From sequence record DRR378314_405: a stretch of DNA of 64,000 nucleotides. One strand, written 5' to 3'. This document shows positions 17,866 to 27,159 of the stretch, one piece after another. Each line of letters opens with the position of its first letter. Position 1 is the stretch's first letter. Below the pieces are notes generated by a model that was not told the DNA's origin, did no database searches, and worked only from the letters and a program-made list of their open reading frames with translations. Both the position numbers and the translations under genes were made by a program.

Positions 17866-19902
17866 ATGCGAAGAGTGTCTTGCGTGCGCTATACGGCTGC
17901 GCTTCTAACAACAACAATTTTATCGTCTCAGGCCCTGGCCGAGGAACCCGCGTCCAGCTCAACCCTGGACACAGTCACCGTATATGCAACCAAAAGCGAG
18001 CAATCCACTTTTGACGTGCCGGTTATGGTCAATTCAATTGACGCCGAAGCACCGGGAACGGCCCTGTCCAACGACACGGAGGGTCTGTTGAAAATGACCC
18101 CTGGTGTGGATGTAATCAATGGCCCGCGCAGCAACGGTCAAACTGTTACAATTCGCGGCTTTGACAGCGAAGCGATCATTACCCTGATGGATGGCCGCCG
18201 CCAGAATTTTGAAGCTGCACATGATGGCCGCTTCTATTTTGACCCGCTGCTGCTCAAGCGGGTTGAAGTGGTCAAGGGGGCCTCTTCGTCGATTTACGGT
18301 GGGGGCGGTATCGGGGGCGTTGTTGCGTTTGAAACCAAAGACGCCTCCGATCTGTTGAAACCCGGCCAATCCATTGGCGCCATTGGCACCTTTGGCGGGC
18401 GTACAGCCAACGAAGAGATTTCCACATCCGCCAGCGTCTATGGCCGCACCGGAAATCTTGATTTGCTGGGCAGCCTGTCCCTGCGATCCTCTGGCGATAT
18501 CCGCGACGGTGACGGCGAGGATCTTTCAACCGATGAACAGATTGTCTCCGGCCTGTTCAAAGCCGGGTACACCATTGGGGATTGGCATACGGTTAAATTC
18601 CAGTATCAAGGCTTCCAGAATGACGGGCAGGAGCCAAACAATCCTGCGGGCGGTATTGGCACTTCCAACCCGGTTGTGGATAAGCTGGTCGATGATCATC
18701 AGTTCAGCCTGCGCTATGAATATGACAACCCGACAGATGAACTTCTCAATCTGAAAATTCATGCTTACCGGAACGACACCGAGGTAGAAGAAACCGACAT
18801 TAGCGGCACCAACGCCGGTCGGGTACAGGTTCGCGAACTGAATACCACCGGTCTGACAATCGACAATCAAAGCCTGTTTGATATCTCGGACAGTCACTCT
18901 CATACTTTCTCATACGGGGTGGAGATTTACCGGGATGTTCAGGAAGGCTTCAGCACGGCAACGGTCGACGGTTCCCGTCCGGGTGTTCCAGAGGCCAAAG
19001 CGCTCACCTGGGGTGCTTATGTCCAGGACGAAATCAAGTTTGACACCGCCGCAGGTCAGTTCCTGATCATCCCGGCCGTTCGGTTTGACCAGTATCGCAG
19101 CGACGATGATGCGGGCAACAGCCAGAATGAAAGCGCTGTTTCCCCGAAAATCGCGCTCAGCTACAAACCAACAGAAAATTTCGTTCTGTTCGGTAGCGTT
19201 GCGCAGGCATTCCGCGCGCCGAACATGACAGAGCTATACCCAAGTGGTCAGCATTTCCCAGCCATTCCGCCCATGTTCCCAGCCAACAACTTTGTGCCGA
19301 ACCCGGATCTGAAACCAGAGACGGTGACAACATTTGAGCTGGGGGCTGGCGTCAACTTTCAGCAGATCGCAACCCGTGATGATGAACTGCGGGTAAAAGG
19401 GGCCTGGCATTACAGCAAGGGTGAAGATTTCATCGCTCAGGACGTGGATATCTTTGCCGGAACGACAGAAAACTACAACGTAGACAACGCCCGCCTTTGG
19501 GGTTTTGAAGTCGAAGGTGACTATCGCATCTCCCAGTTCAGCTTCAAGACCGGCTTGAGCTATGTTGAGGCAGAGGATGAAGATACTGGCGAGTATCTGG
19601 GCAACAATGTTCCGCTCACCTTCACAACGGATGTCAGCTACCTGTTTACCGATATTTCGTCGACCTTGGGTTGGCGCGCCCGGTATGCGGATGAGAATGA
19701 TCATGCCAGCGCAAGTGAGCAAACCGCCGGATATGGCGTGCACGACATCTACTATCGTTTTGCACCAACAGAGGGCGATCTGCAAAATCTGTCGCTTGAT
19801 CTGGCCGTCGAAAACGTCTTCGACAAATACTACACCAAACGCTTTGCAGCCCTTCCCGAGGAAGGCGTAAACTTTGCGGCGAGGGTTCGGATTAAATGGT
19901 AA
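17866..19902 (+). CDS. hmuR: TonB-dependent heme/hemoglobin receptor
   Basis: TonB box 'LDTVTVYA'; plug 'VEVVKGASSSIYG'; FRAP...H...NPDL heme-receptor motif; terminal W. Confidence 0.9.
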   Translation: MRRVSCVRYTAALLTTTILSSQALAEEPASSSTLDTVTVYATKSEQSTFDVPVMVNSIDAEAPGTALSNDTEGLLKMTPGVDVINGPRSNGQTVTIRGFDSEAIITLMDGRRQNFEAAHDGRFYFDPLLLKRVEVVKGASSSIYGGGGIGGVVAFETKDASDLLKPGQSIGAIGTFGGRTANEEISTSASVYGRTGNLDLLGSLSLRSSGDIRDGDGEDLSTDEQIVSGLFKAGYTIGDWHTVKFQYQGFQNDGQEPNNPAGGIGTSNPVVDKLVDDHQFSLRYEYDNPTDELLNLKIHAYRNDTEVEETDISGTNAGRVQVRELNTTGLTIDNQSLFDISDSHSHTFSYGVEIYRDVQEGFSTATVDGSRPGVPEAKALTWGAYVQDEIKFDTAAGQFLIIPAVRFDQYRSDDDAGNSQNESAVSPKIALSYKPTENFVLFGSVAQAFRAPNMTELYPSGQHFPAIPPMFPANNFVPNPDLKPETVTTFELGAGVNFQQIATRDDELRVKGAWHYSKGEDFIAQDVDIFAGTTENYNVDNARLWGFEVEGDYRISQFSFKTGLSYVEAEDEDTGEYLGNNVPLTFTTDVSYLFTDISSTLGWRARYADENDHASASEQTAGYGVHDIYYRFAPTEGDLQNLSLDLAVENVFDKYYTKRFAALPEEGVNFAARVRIKW

Positions 19903-20885
19903 CCGCTCGGTCTTTGGAGATGAGTGATCTGGTGCGATGGGGTGGTGTTCTCACCCTGTCGCTCGTTGCTCATGGCTATCTTTTTAGCGCCATTGACCTG
20001 AGTGCAAAGCCCAATCCGATCCCCCCTGTTGAGCAGATCCAAATCTCGCTGCAAGCCTTAGCAGCCCCGAAATCAGAACCGGTGGCAGAAGCCACACCAA
20101 GCCACAGTGCACCGCCGGAACCGGTTGCCGCCGAAGAGCCTGTTGAAAAGGTGATCACACCCGCCTCCCTGCCAGAGCCGCCTGCTCCGGTAAAACCAAC
20201 CGTGGATGTGGAAACCCAGGAATTAGCAGCCGTTGACTGGACAAAATTCGAGCCGACCGAAGAGATAATCAAGCCAACGGAAACAGAAGCTGAACCCGTT
20301 CAGCAGACGCCGCCGGAGCCTGAGCTGGAACCTGTCCAGAAAAGTGAGCCGATTCCGACGCCGCACCGAATTGCCAAAAAACCATCTCTGCCGGAACCAC
20401 CCAAGCAAATCGCCCAGAAACCTGTGAGCAAGCCACAGCCCACGGTGGAGCCCGTCAAACTCGAAAAACCGATGCAAGAGCCGAAAATTACCAAGCTGGA
20501 TCCGGCACCCGTTACCAAACCCGTTGAGAAACCGGTTGAAAAGAAAGCTGAGCCCGCGTCTCCGCCGAGCCTGTCGTCGGTTTCAAACGATCACGGAGAG
20601 AGCAGTTCCACGGTTATCCAAAATGCCAAATACCGCAAACGCACTCCACCAAACTACCCCCGACGCGCCTATGATCTGGGCCAGCAGGGCATGGTGACGC
20701 TGACGGCGCTTGTCGAGCCAAATGGCAAAACCGGACAGCTTAAAGTCGAGACGTCTTCTGGCCACCGCATGCTGGATAAAGCCGCGTTGGCGGCCGTGAA
20801 GAAATGGGAATTTGAACCTCTGGTTCGCAATGGAGTGAGAGTTTCTAGCTGGGTCCGTGTACCCGTACGCTTTGTCATTAACTAA
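19896..20885 (+). CDS. tonB: Energy transducer TonB
   Basis: N-terminal TM with S-x3-H, Pro/Glu/Lys-rich linker, C-terminal 'YPRRA...G.V...SSGH..LD.AA'. Confidence 0.92.
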   Translation: MVTARSLEMSDLVRWGGVLTLSLVAHGYLFSAIDLSAKPNPIPPVEQIQISLQALAAPKSEPVAEATPSHSAPPEPVAAEEPVEKVITPASLPEPPAPVKPTVDVETQELAAVDWTKFEPTEEIIKPTETEAEPVQQTPPEPELEPVQKSEPIPTPHRIAKKPSLPEPPKQIAQKPVSKPQPTVEPVKLEKPMQEPKITKLDPAPVTKPVEKPVEKKAEPASPPSLSSVSNDHGESSSTVIQNAKYRKRTPPNYPRRAYDLGQQGMVTLTALVEPNGKTGQLKVETSSGHRMLDKAALAAVKKWEFEPLVRNGVRVSSWVRVPVRFVIN

Positions 20886-20900
20886 TTGGAGCAACCTCAA

Positions 20901-21971
20901 ATGACAGAAAAATTATCCGAGCTGACCGCACGCTATGAAGCGATGAGGACCGAAAATCCATCAGTGCGTATCCGCAACATGGCCCAGGAACTGGGTGTGT
21001 CGGAAGCTGAGCTTCTGGCGACCCGCATCGGGAAAGACGTGATCCGTCTGAACAACGTGCCCAAAGAAATTCTCGCCGATCTGGAGCCGCTTGGTGAAGT
21101 GATGGCGCTGACCCGGAATGAAAGCTGCGTCAATGAGAATAAAGGTGTCTATAAAGATGCCAAATTCTTTGAGCGGGGCAAAATGAACATTGGCCTGTTC
21201 GTCACGCCAGAAATTGATCTGCGCCTGTTTATGGATCACTGGACGTTTGCATTTGCCGTCACGGATGAGACAAAAGCCGGCACCAAGAAAAGCCTGCAGT
21301 TTTTTGACAAATCCGGTGAGGCACTGCACAAAATATACCTGACCAATCATTCGGATGACGCCGCCTATGAGGCAGTTGTCGCCAAATATCAGGCCGAAGA
21401 TCAGGATCCAGCTTTGGAACTGACAGCCTATCCGCCCGCAGCAGCCGATAAGCCTGATGAAGAGATTGACTGGGCCGGTCTTCGCACCTCCTGGGAAAAT
21501 TTGAAAGACACTCATGATTTCTTTGGCCTGCTGCGGAAATATAAAGTTGGCCGGGAGCAGGCTTTCCGTAAAGTCGGATCTGATCTTGCTTATGAAGTTG
21601 AGACAGATGCAGTGCGCAAAGTGGTTGAAATGGCCCGCGACAAAGACTGCGAGATTATGATTTTTGTCGGCAATCGGGGCTGCATCCAGATCTTCACCGG
21701 TGCTGTTAAAAAACTGATGGATTTTGGAACCTGGTTTAACATCATGGATCCTAAATACACCATGCATCTGAACGAAGAAGAAATCACCCGTTGCTGGGTT
21801 ACCCACAAACCAACGGTTGACGGCACTGTGACAGCACTGGAAGTGTTTGATAAAGACGGCGGCATCATCGCCACCCTCTTTGGCAAACGCAAACCGGGTG
21901 AAAAGGAACTAGATGGCTGGCGCGAAATTATTGCCGCCCTCAGCCCGAAGAAGGTGGCAGATGCCGCTTGA
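20901..21971 (+). CDS. hmuS: Heme degradation/storage protein HemS/ChuS/HmuS
   Basis: 'LGVSEAEL', 'VMALTRNE', 'IDLRLF', 'SLQFFD', 'DTHDFF', 'FGKRKPG'. Confidence 0.93.
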   Translation: MTEKLSELTARYEAMRTENPSVRIRNMAQELGVSEAELLATRIGKDVIRLNNVPKEILADLEPLGEVMALTRNESCVNENKGVYKDAKFFERGKMNIGLFVTPEIDLRLFMDHWTFAFAVTDETKAGTKKSLQFFDKSGEALHKIYLTNHSDDAAYEAVVAKYQAEDQDPALELTAYPPAAADKPDEEIDWAGLRTSWENLKDTHDFFGLLRKYKVGREQAFRKVGSDLAYEVETDAVRKVVEMARDKDCEIMIFVGNRGCIQIFTGAVKKLMDFGTWFNIMDPKYTMHLNEEEITRCWVTHKPTVDGTVTALEVFDKDGGIIATLFGKRKPGEKELDGWREIIAALSPKKVADAA

Positions 21972-22569
21972 AATCCTGTTTTCAGATAGTTTTGAAAAGC
22001 TAGGTGTTATGGGCTGGCCGCTTCTGGTCAGCTCAATCCTTGCGGCCATGATCATCCTGGAGCGGACGATCTATTTTCTGTTGGTGGATTTCAATGGCCG
22101 CAAACTGTCCAAGCGACTGGCCGGGATCCTGAACACCCATCGCAGCGAACCAAAAGTTCTGCGCGATGAGGTGGTCAGCCTGGCGGTCAGTGAAAATACC
22201 AAACCCCTTTCCCGGGGCCTCAGCCTGTTGAAACTGATTGCGGCGGTTGCGCCGCTTCTGGGACTTCTGGGAACAATACTCGGCATTATTGATGCGTTTC
22301 GGGTCATTGCTGCCGCCGATGGACCGGTTACACCAAACATGATCGCCGATGGATTATGGGAAGCGTTGTTGACAACGGCTTTTGGTCTGATGATTGCCCT
22401 ACCATCGGTGATTAGTGCCGGCATTTTCCAAAGTCACAAACAGCGGATCATTGAAAATGTGGTCGCCCGGCTGAACACCCAATCTCTGGCTTTCGAGTTG
22501 AAGACAACGTCCGAGAAACGAGACCCCGATCAAGGTGCAGCCTCCGCTCATCACAGGATCGCGTCATGA
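21961..22569 (+). CDS. exbB: MotA/TolQ/ExbB proton channel
   Basis: 'APLLGLLGTILG', 'ALLTTAFGL'. Confidence 0.9.
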   Translation: MPLEILFSDSFEKLGVMGWPLLVSSILAAMIILERTIYFLLVDFNGRKLSKRLAGILNTHRSEPKVLRDEVVSLAVSENTKPLSRGLSLLKLIAAVAPLLGLLGTILGIIDAFRVIAAADGPVTPNMIADGLWEALLTTAFGLMIALPSVISAGIFQSHKQRIIENVVARLNTQSLAFELKTTSEKRDPDQGAASAHHRIAS

Positions 22570-23000
22570 TCAGCGCGGGCGGAGCGGGCATTCAGGAACA
22601 GGATGAGGATGGGGGATTTCTCCCTGATCTAACCACCCTGCTGGATATCCTGTTTATCCTGCTGGTGTTTTTTATTCTGACAGCAGGTGCCGTTTATCGG
22701 TCCCTTGACCTGACGCTGCCGCAATCGGTTAGTGAGCAGAAAGCCCGCACGGCAGAGCAGAAACATATCATGCTGGAGCTGCGGGCTGAAAATTATGCGG
22801 TTGATGGAACAGCGTTTTCAGATCTCGATGCCCTGAAAGAAACCCTGGAAGAGGCCCTTGCCGAAAAACCGGATCACAAGCTGATCATTGCCGGAGACAA
22901 ATCTGTCTCGCTGGAGCGGCTTCTCGGCGTTCTGACCTATCTGCAGTCCCAAGGGATTGAGGCTGCAAATATACTGATGCAAAAAGAAAGTACCCCATGA
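22566..23000 (+). CDS. exbD: Biopolymer transporter ExbD
   Basis: 'DLTTLLDILFILLVFF', 'IAGDK'. Confidence 0.9.
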   Translation: MISAGGAGIQEQDEDGGFLPDLTTLLDILFILLVFFILTAGAVYRSLDLTLPQSVSEQKARTAEQKHIMLELRAENYAVDGTAFSDLDALKETLEEALAEKPDHKLIIAGDKSVSLERLLGVLTYLQSQGIEAANILMQKESTP

Positions 23001-23830
23001 AAAAGTTTTTAGCCGTTGCCTTGGTCTTATTAACCCCCCAGTTTGCACAAGGCGATGAGTTTAACCGGATCATCTCTATCGGTGGTAATATCACGGAAAC
23101 CGTTTATGCCCTTGGTCAGGAAAGTAAACTCGTGGGCAGTGATACCACCAGTTATTTTCCGCCTGCCGCAGCGCGCCTTCCCAAAGTCGGCTATATGCGG
23201 ACCCTGTCCACAGAAGGCGTTTTGTCCCTGAACCCGAAAGCAATCGTGCTGACCGAAGAAGCGGGTCCGCCGCCGGTTCTGGCCCAGTTGCAGGCTGCAA
23301 AGGTCAAACTGATCAAACTGAAAGCGGCCAAGTCACTGGCGGATATTAAATCCAACAATGTCGAACTTGCCAACCTGCTGGGTGTTCCGGCCAAAGGCCG
23401 GGAGCTGAACGCCCAGATGGATGCCGCGCTTCGAAACCTGCAGGCCATGAAGGCCAAACAGGATACCCAACCGCGCGTCATGTTTTTGATGAACCATAGC
23501 GGCGCGCCCATGGTCGCAGGGCAGAACACCGCTGCTGACAGTATCATCACCTTGGCCGGCGCAGTTAATGTGGTCAAAGACTATGATCGATATAAACCGC
23601 TCACCCCTGAGGCGGCCGTGAAATACGCACCTGATTATCTGATTGTATCGACCAGTTCGCTGGAGTCTGTTGGCGGTGTGGATAAATTGCTGCAATTGCC
23701 GGGCCTTGCCCTGACACCAGCCGGTCAAACACAGAAGGTCATTGATATGGATGCCTTGTTGCTGCTGGGATTTGGTCCGCGAACCGTTGATGCAGCTATG
23801 GTCCTTCACAAAAAACTCGCTGCGAAATGA
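22997..23830 (+). CDS. hmuT: Heme ABC transporter periplasmic binding protein
   Basis: 'RIISIGGNITETVYALG', 'VGYMRTLS.EG' (heme-ligand Tyr), 'FGPR'. Confidence 0.93.
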   Translation: MKKFLAVALVLLTPQFAQGDEFNRIISIGGNITETVYALGQESKLVGSDTTSYFPPAAARLPKVGYMRTLSTEGVLSLNPKAIVLTEEAGPPPVLAQLQAAKVKLIKLKAAKSLADIKSNNVELANLLGVPAKGRELNAQMDAALRNLQAMKAKQDTQPRVMFLMNHSGAPMVAGQNTAADSIITLAGAVNVVKDYDRYKPLTPEAAVKYAPDYLIVSTSSLESVGGVDKLLQLPGLALTPAGQTQKVIDMDALLLLGFGPRTVDAAMVLHKKLAAK

Positions 23831-24870
23831 GTGCCGTTTTACGAAGGTTCGGTCTGCCTGCCGGACTGGCGGGCGGCCCCTCAGTTATTTCCGTATTGAT
23901 CGGTCTGGCGATCCTTGTTTTGCTGGCATCTCTTCTGGGGGCCAGTATGGGCGCGATCGAAATTCCGCTGATCCAGCTGCTAACCGGTACGCTCTCTGAT
24001 TTTCATCATCAGGTGTTGATTAGTATCCGCCTGCCCCGTGTCCTGCTGGCCATTCTGGTTGGCGCTGCCTTAGGGGTTTCCGGTGCCGCTATGCAGGGCC
24101 TGTTTCGAAATCCGCTGGCCGATCCAACCCTGATCGGTATTACCGGCGGCGCCGCGTTAAGCGTTGCCTTTGTGATTGTTTTCGCCGGAACGCTGACGGG
24201 AATTGGCGGGCTTTACGGGCTCGGCTTTGCGGCATTTATAGGCGGCACGCTGACATCGCTTTTAATTCTGCGGCTGGCCAAGCTCTCCGGCGTCTTTTCG
24301 GTAACCCACATGCTGTTGGCCGGGATCGCCCTCAACGCCCTGACCTTTGCCGGGGTGGGGTTTTTAAGTTTTATCAGTAACGATCAACAGCTTCGGCAAA
24401 TTTCCATGTGGACCATGGGCAGCCTGGGCGGTGCCATGTGGGAGCCGGTCATCGTGACAGCAACGATTATTCTGCCCTGCGTATTTCTGATCACCCGAAA
24501 AGCCCGGGATCTGAATATTCTGCTGCTGGGGGAGGAAAACGCCACCTATATCGGCGTGGACACCCACAAACTTAAGCGCGTCATTGTCATTTGCTCTGCC
24601 CTTTGTGTTGGGGCGGCGGTTTCGGTAAGCGGCATTATCGGCTTTGTCGGGCTGGTCGTCCCCCATTTGATCCGGCTGATTTTTGGGGCAGATCACAAGC
24701 TTCTGGTGCCGGGATCGGCCCTGTTTGGGGCGGCCCTGCTGCTTTTTGCCGATACCATTGCAAGAACAGTTGCAGCGCCGACCGAAATTCCGGTAGGTAT
24801 CCTCACCAGTCTTGTGGGGGGACCGTTTTTCCTTTGGCTCCTCATCCGTCAAAGCAGAGGACAAATCTGA
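23827..24870 (+). CDS. hmuU: Heme ABC transporter permease
   Basis: 'RLPR', 'QGLFRNPLADP', 'GFVGLVVPH'. Confidence 0.93.
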   Translation: MSAVLRRFGLPAGLAGGPSVISVLIGLAILVLLASLLGASMGAIEIPLIQLLTGTLSDFHHQVLISIRLPRVLLAILVGAALGVSGAAMQGLFRNPLADPTLIGITGGAALSVAFVIVFAGTLTGIGGLYGLGFAAFIGGTLTSLLILRLAKLSGVFSVTHMLLAGIALNALTFAGVGFLSFISNDQQLRQISMWTMGSLGGAMWEPVIVTATIILPCVFLITRKARDLNILLLGEENATYIGVDTHKLKRVIVICSALCVGAAVSVSGIIGFVGLVVPHLIRLIFGADHKLLVPGSALFGAALLLFADTIARTVAAPTEIPVGILTSLVGGPFFLWLLIRQSRGQI

Positions 24871-24872
24871 GT

Positions 24873-25613
24873 ATGCTCAAAGCGCACAATCTTTCGTTTC
24901 AGATTGCCGGAAAAGAGATCCTTTCGGATATTTCCGTGGAAATGAACCCAGGTCAGATTTTTGGGATTTTGGGTCCCAACGGAGCAGGAAAATCCACCTT
25001 GATGAAATGCCTGTCGGGTTTTCATCAACCGACCACGGGAGAGATTTACCTGCAGGACCGGCCGCTTAATGACTATGCGTTATCCGACCTTGCCCATAAA
25101 CGGGCTGTTTTGACCCAGCAGGTGACCCTCAATTTCCCGTTCAAGGTTCTGGAAATTGCCGCCATGGGACGGGGACAGGAAAGCGGACTTGGTCACAGCA
25201 ATTCTGATCTTGAAATCGCCCGGGAGGCGTTGAAGCTGACCGATGTTCAGCATCTGGAGGATCGCCAGTTTACCAGCCTCTCCGGCGGGGAGCAGCAACG
25301 GGTTCATATGGCACGGGTGCTGGCGCAGCTATGGGATCAGGAAGATGCGTTCCTGTTTCTGGATGAGCCAACATCTGCGCTGGATCTCAAACATCAGTTT
25401 CATTTGTTTGATCTGTGCCGGGATTTGGCCCGGGATCGCAATTACGCCATTTGCGTTGTGCTGCATGATCTGCATCTGGCCCGGCAGGTTTGTGACCGGG
25501 TTCAACTGTTGCGCCATGGTCAGGATTTCGCCGCTGGAAACACCGAAGAGGTGCTGACAGTTGAAAAAGTCAGCACCCTTTATGAAATCCCCAAAGAAAG
25601 GGTCATTCTTTAA
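24873..25613 (+). CDS. hmuV: Heme ABC transporter ATP-binding protein
   Basis: GPNGAGKS, LSGGEQQRV, 'ARVLAQLW', DEPTSALD; start ATG 24873. Confidence 0.93.
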   Translation: MLKAHNLSFQIAGKEILSDISVEMNPGQIFGILGPNGAGKSTLMKCLSGFHQPTTGEIYLQDRPLNDYALSDLAHKRAVLTQQVTLNFPFKVLEIAAMGRGQESGLGHSNSDLEIAREALKLTDVQHLEDRQFTSLSGGEQQRVHMARVLAQLWDQEDAFLFLDEPTSALDLKHQFHLFDLCRDLARDRNYAICVVLHDLHLARQVCDRVQLLRHGQDFAAGNTEEVLTVEKVSTLYEIPKERVIL

Positions 25614-26071
25614 GCGGGGGTTTCGCTTTGCCCGCGCGTTTTGCGGATCACATTTTCCAGCTCAAGCGGGGCGCCCGTATTGGCATCGGTCAGCTCAGGT
25701 GCCAGCTTTTGCCCGCTATCGCGCGCGATAAACTCATACGGGGCTGGACCCTCTGTCGGGAATTGTTCATCCGCCCAGTTGATCAAGGTCATCAGGACCG
25801 GGAAAAAGGCTTTTCCTTTTTCGGTCAAATTATACTCATAGCGTTTAGGTCGATCCTGATAGCGGGTTTTCGTCAACACCCCCCGATCACATAACAGTTT
25901 GAGCCGATCCGCAAGGACATGACGGGTCACACCCAAATTCTTTTGAAACGCATCAAAGCGCTTTAGCCCGAGAAAACAATCGCGCAGCAGCAACAACGTC
26001 CAGCGATCGCCCATCACGGACAGGCCCCGTGCCACCGGGCAATCTTCATTTTCCAAATCGTTCCATTTCAT
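25610..26071 (-). CDS. HxlR-family winged-helix transcriptional regulator
   Basis: 'CPVARGLSVMGDRWTLL', 'EYNLTEKG'. Confidence 0.9.
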   Translation of the reverse strand: MKWNDLENEDCPVARGLSVMGDRWTLLLLRDCFLGLKRFDAFQKNLGVTRHVLADRLKLLCDRGVLTKTRYQDRPKRYEYNLTEKGKAFFPVLMTLINWADEQFPTEGPAPYEFIARDSGQKLAPELTDANTGAPLELENVIRKTRGQSETPA

Positions 26072-26095
26072 CGTGGCAGCTTAGCATGATTTGAC

Positions 26096-26147
26096 AAGTT
26101 CCAAAAGAGAACTTATATGATTTATCATAAAGTTCCTTTTCAGAACT
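26096..26147. promoter_or_regulatory. Tandem palindromic operators (AGTTC-N7-GAACT) in the divergent HxlR/hydrolase promoter
   Basis: AAGTTC-N7-GAACTT (26096-26114) and AGTTC-N7-GAACT (26131-26147); TTGACA at 26091. Confidence 0.65.
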
Positions 26148-26164
26148 CACTAAAGGCAAATCAT

Positions 26165-27103
26165 ATGCAGACGGAAATCCAAGCCCCACAAGACACGGCA
26201 TCCCGCGCCTATCCAACCCTGATTGATCGTTCTGGCCGGGCGGGCCAAAACCGAAAGCCCAAAAAGCCAGGTGCTGCAATCCTTGCCTTTTTAGCGCTGA
26301 ACCGAATGTCGGGAATGATTTCCACCCGCTGGGCAAGCAAGCGATTACAAAAGATTTTTGAAACACCCCAGCGCCATGCTATCCCAAAGGCAGAGCAAAC
26401 CTGGCTGAAGTCGGCATCCCGCGACTGGTTTGAGCATGCCGGATACCGAAGTGCCATTTACACCTTCGGTACCAGCTCCAAAAAAGCGGTTTTGCTGCAT
26501 GGTCTTTCCGGACGGGCGGGCCAGCTTTCAGCATTTGCAGAGCCTCTGCTTGAAGAGGGATATCAGGTCATTGCAATTGATCTGCCCGCCCATGGAAATT
26601 CCCCCGGAAAACGGATTTCCATGCCCGATATCGCCCGGTTTCTGGTTGCCTTTCAAAAAAGCCACGGGGAAATTGAAACCCTGATCGCCCATTCAAACGG
26701 GGCAGCGGCAACCACCCTTGCGCTGTCTTTCGGGCTGAAGGTTCACACTCTGATTTATCTGGCACCGCCGGAGGATTTAAAAGGCTATCTGTATCGCCTG
26801 GCAAAACTGATCGGGTTTAACCGGCGCGTTACCCAAAAGGCCGAAGCGGCGCTTGCCCAGCGATATGGCCTGCCTTTTGAAGCGGTTCGCGGATCAACCC
26901 TCGCCCAAGATTATCAGCAACCGGTGCTGATCTTTCATGATCTGAAGGACAGAATGGTGCCTTTTGCGGAAGGCGAAAGACTGGCCCAAAGCTGGACAGG
27001 GTCAACCTTTATTCGCACAGACGGGCTCGGCCATAACCGGATCCTCAAGGAGCCGGAAGTGATCGAAATTAGCCGAGAATTCCTGCGCTGCAATTCTAAT
27101 TAA
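26165..27103 (+). CDS. Alpha/beta-fold hydrolase
   Basis: 'LLHG', 'DLPAHG', nucleophile elbow AHSNG, 'HD..D..VP', 'GLGHNRIL'. Confidence 0.88.
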   Translation: MQTEIQAPQDTASRAYPTLIDRSGRAGQNRKPKKPGAAILAFLALNRMSGMISTRWASKRLQKIFETPQRHAIPKAEQTWLKSASRDWFEHAGYRSAIYTFGTSSKKAVLLHGLSGRAGQLSAFAEPLLEEGYQVIAIDLPAHGNSPGKRISMPDIARFLVAFQKSHGEIETLIAHSNGAAATTLALSFGLKVHTLIYLAPPEDLKGYLYRLAKLIGFNRRVTQKAEAALAQRYGLPFEAVRGSTLAQDYQQPVLIFHDLKDRMVPFAEGERLAQSWTGSTFIRTDGLGHNRILKEPEVIEISREFLRCNSN

Positions 27104-27159
27104 TGATGTTTTTCTAAATTTGATTTATCTGATACAATTCCTTCAAGACAGTCTGGAAA

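Noticed and set aside
20060-20580. Repetitive Pro/Glu/Lys-coding DNA
   Set aside because: Normal TonB periplasmic linker, not a repeat array
20961-21806. 281-aa minus-strand ORF
   Set aside because: Antisense to hmuS
24591-24872. N-terminal extension of the hmuV ORF / possible hmuU-hmuV frameshift fusion
   Set aside because: Overlaps hmuU out of frame; a good ATG at 24873 with an AGAGGA RBS explains it
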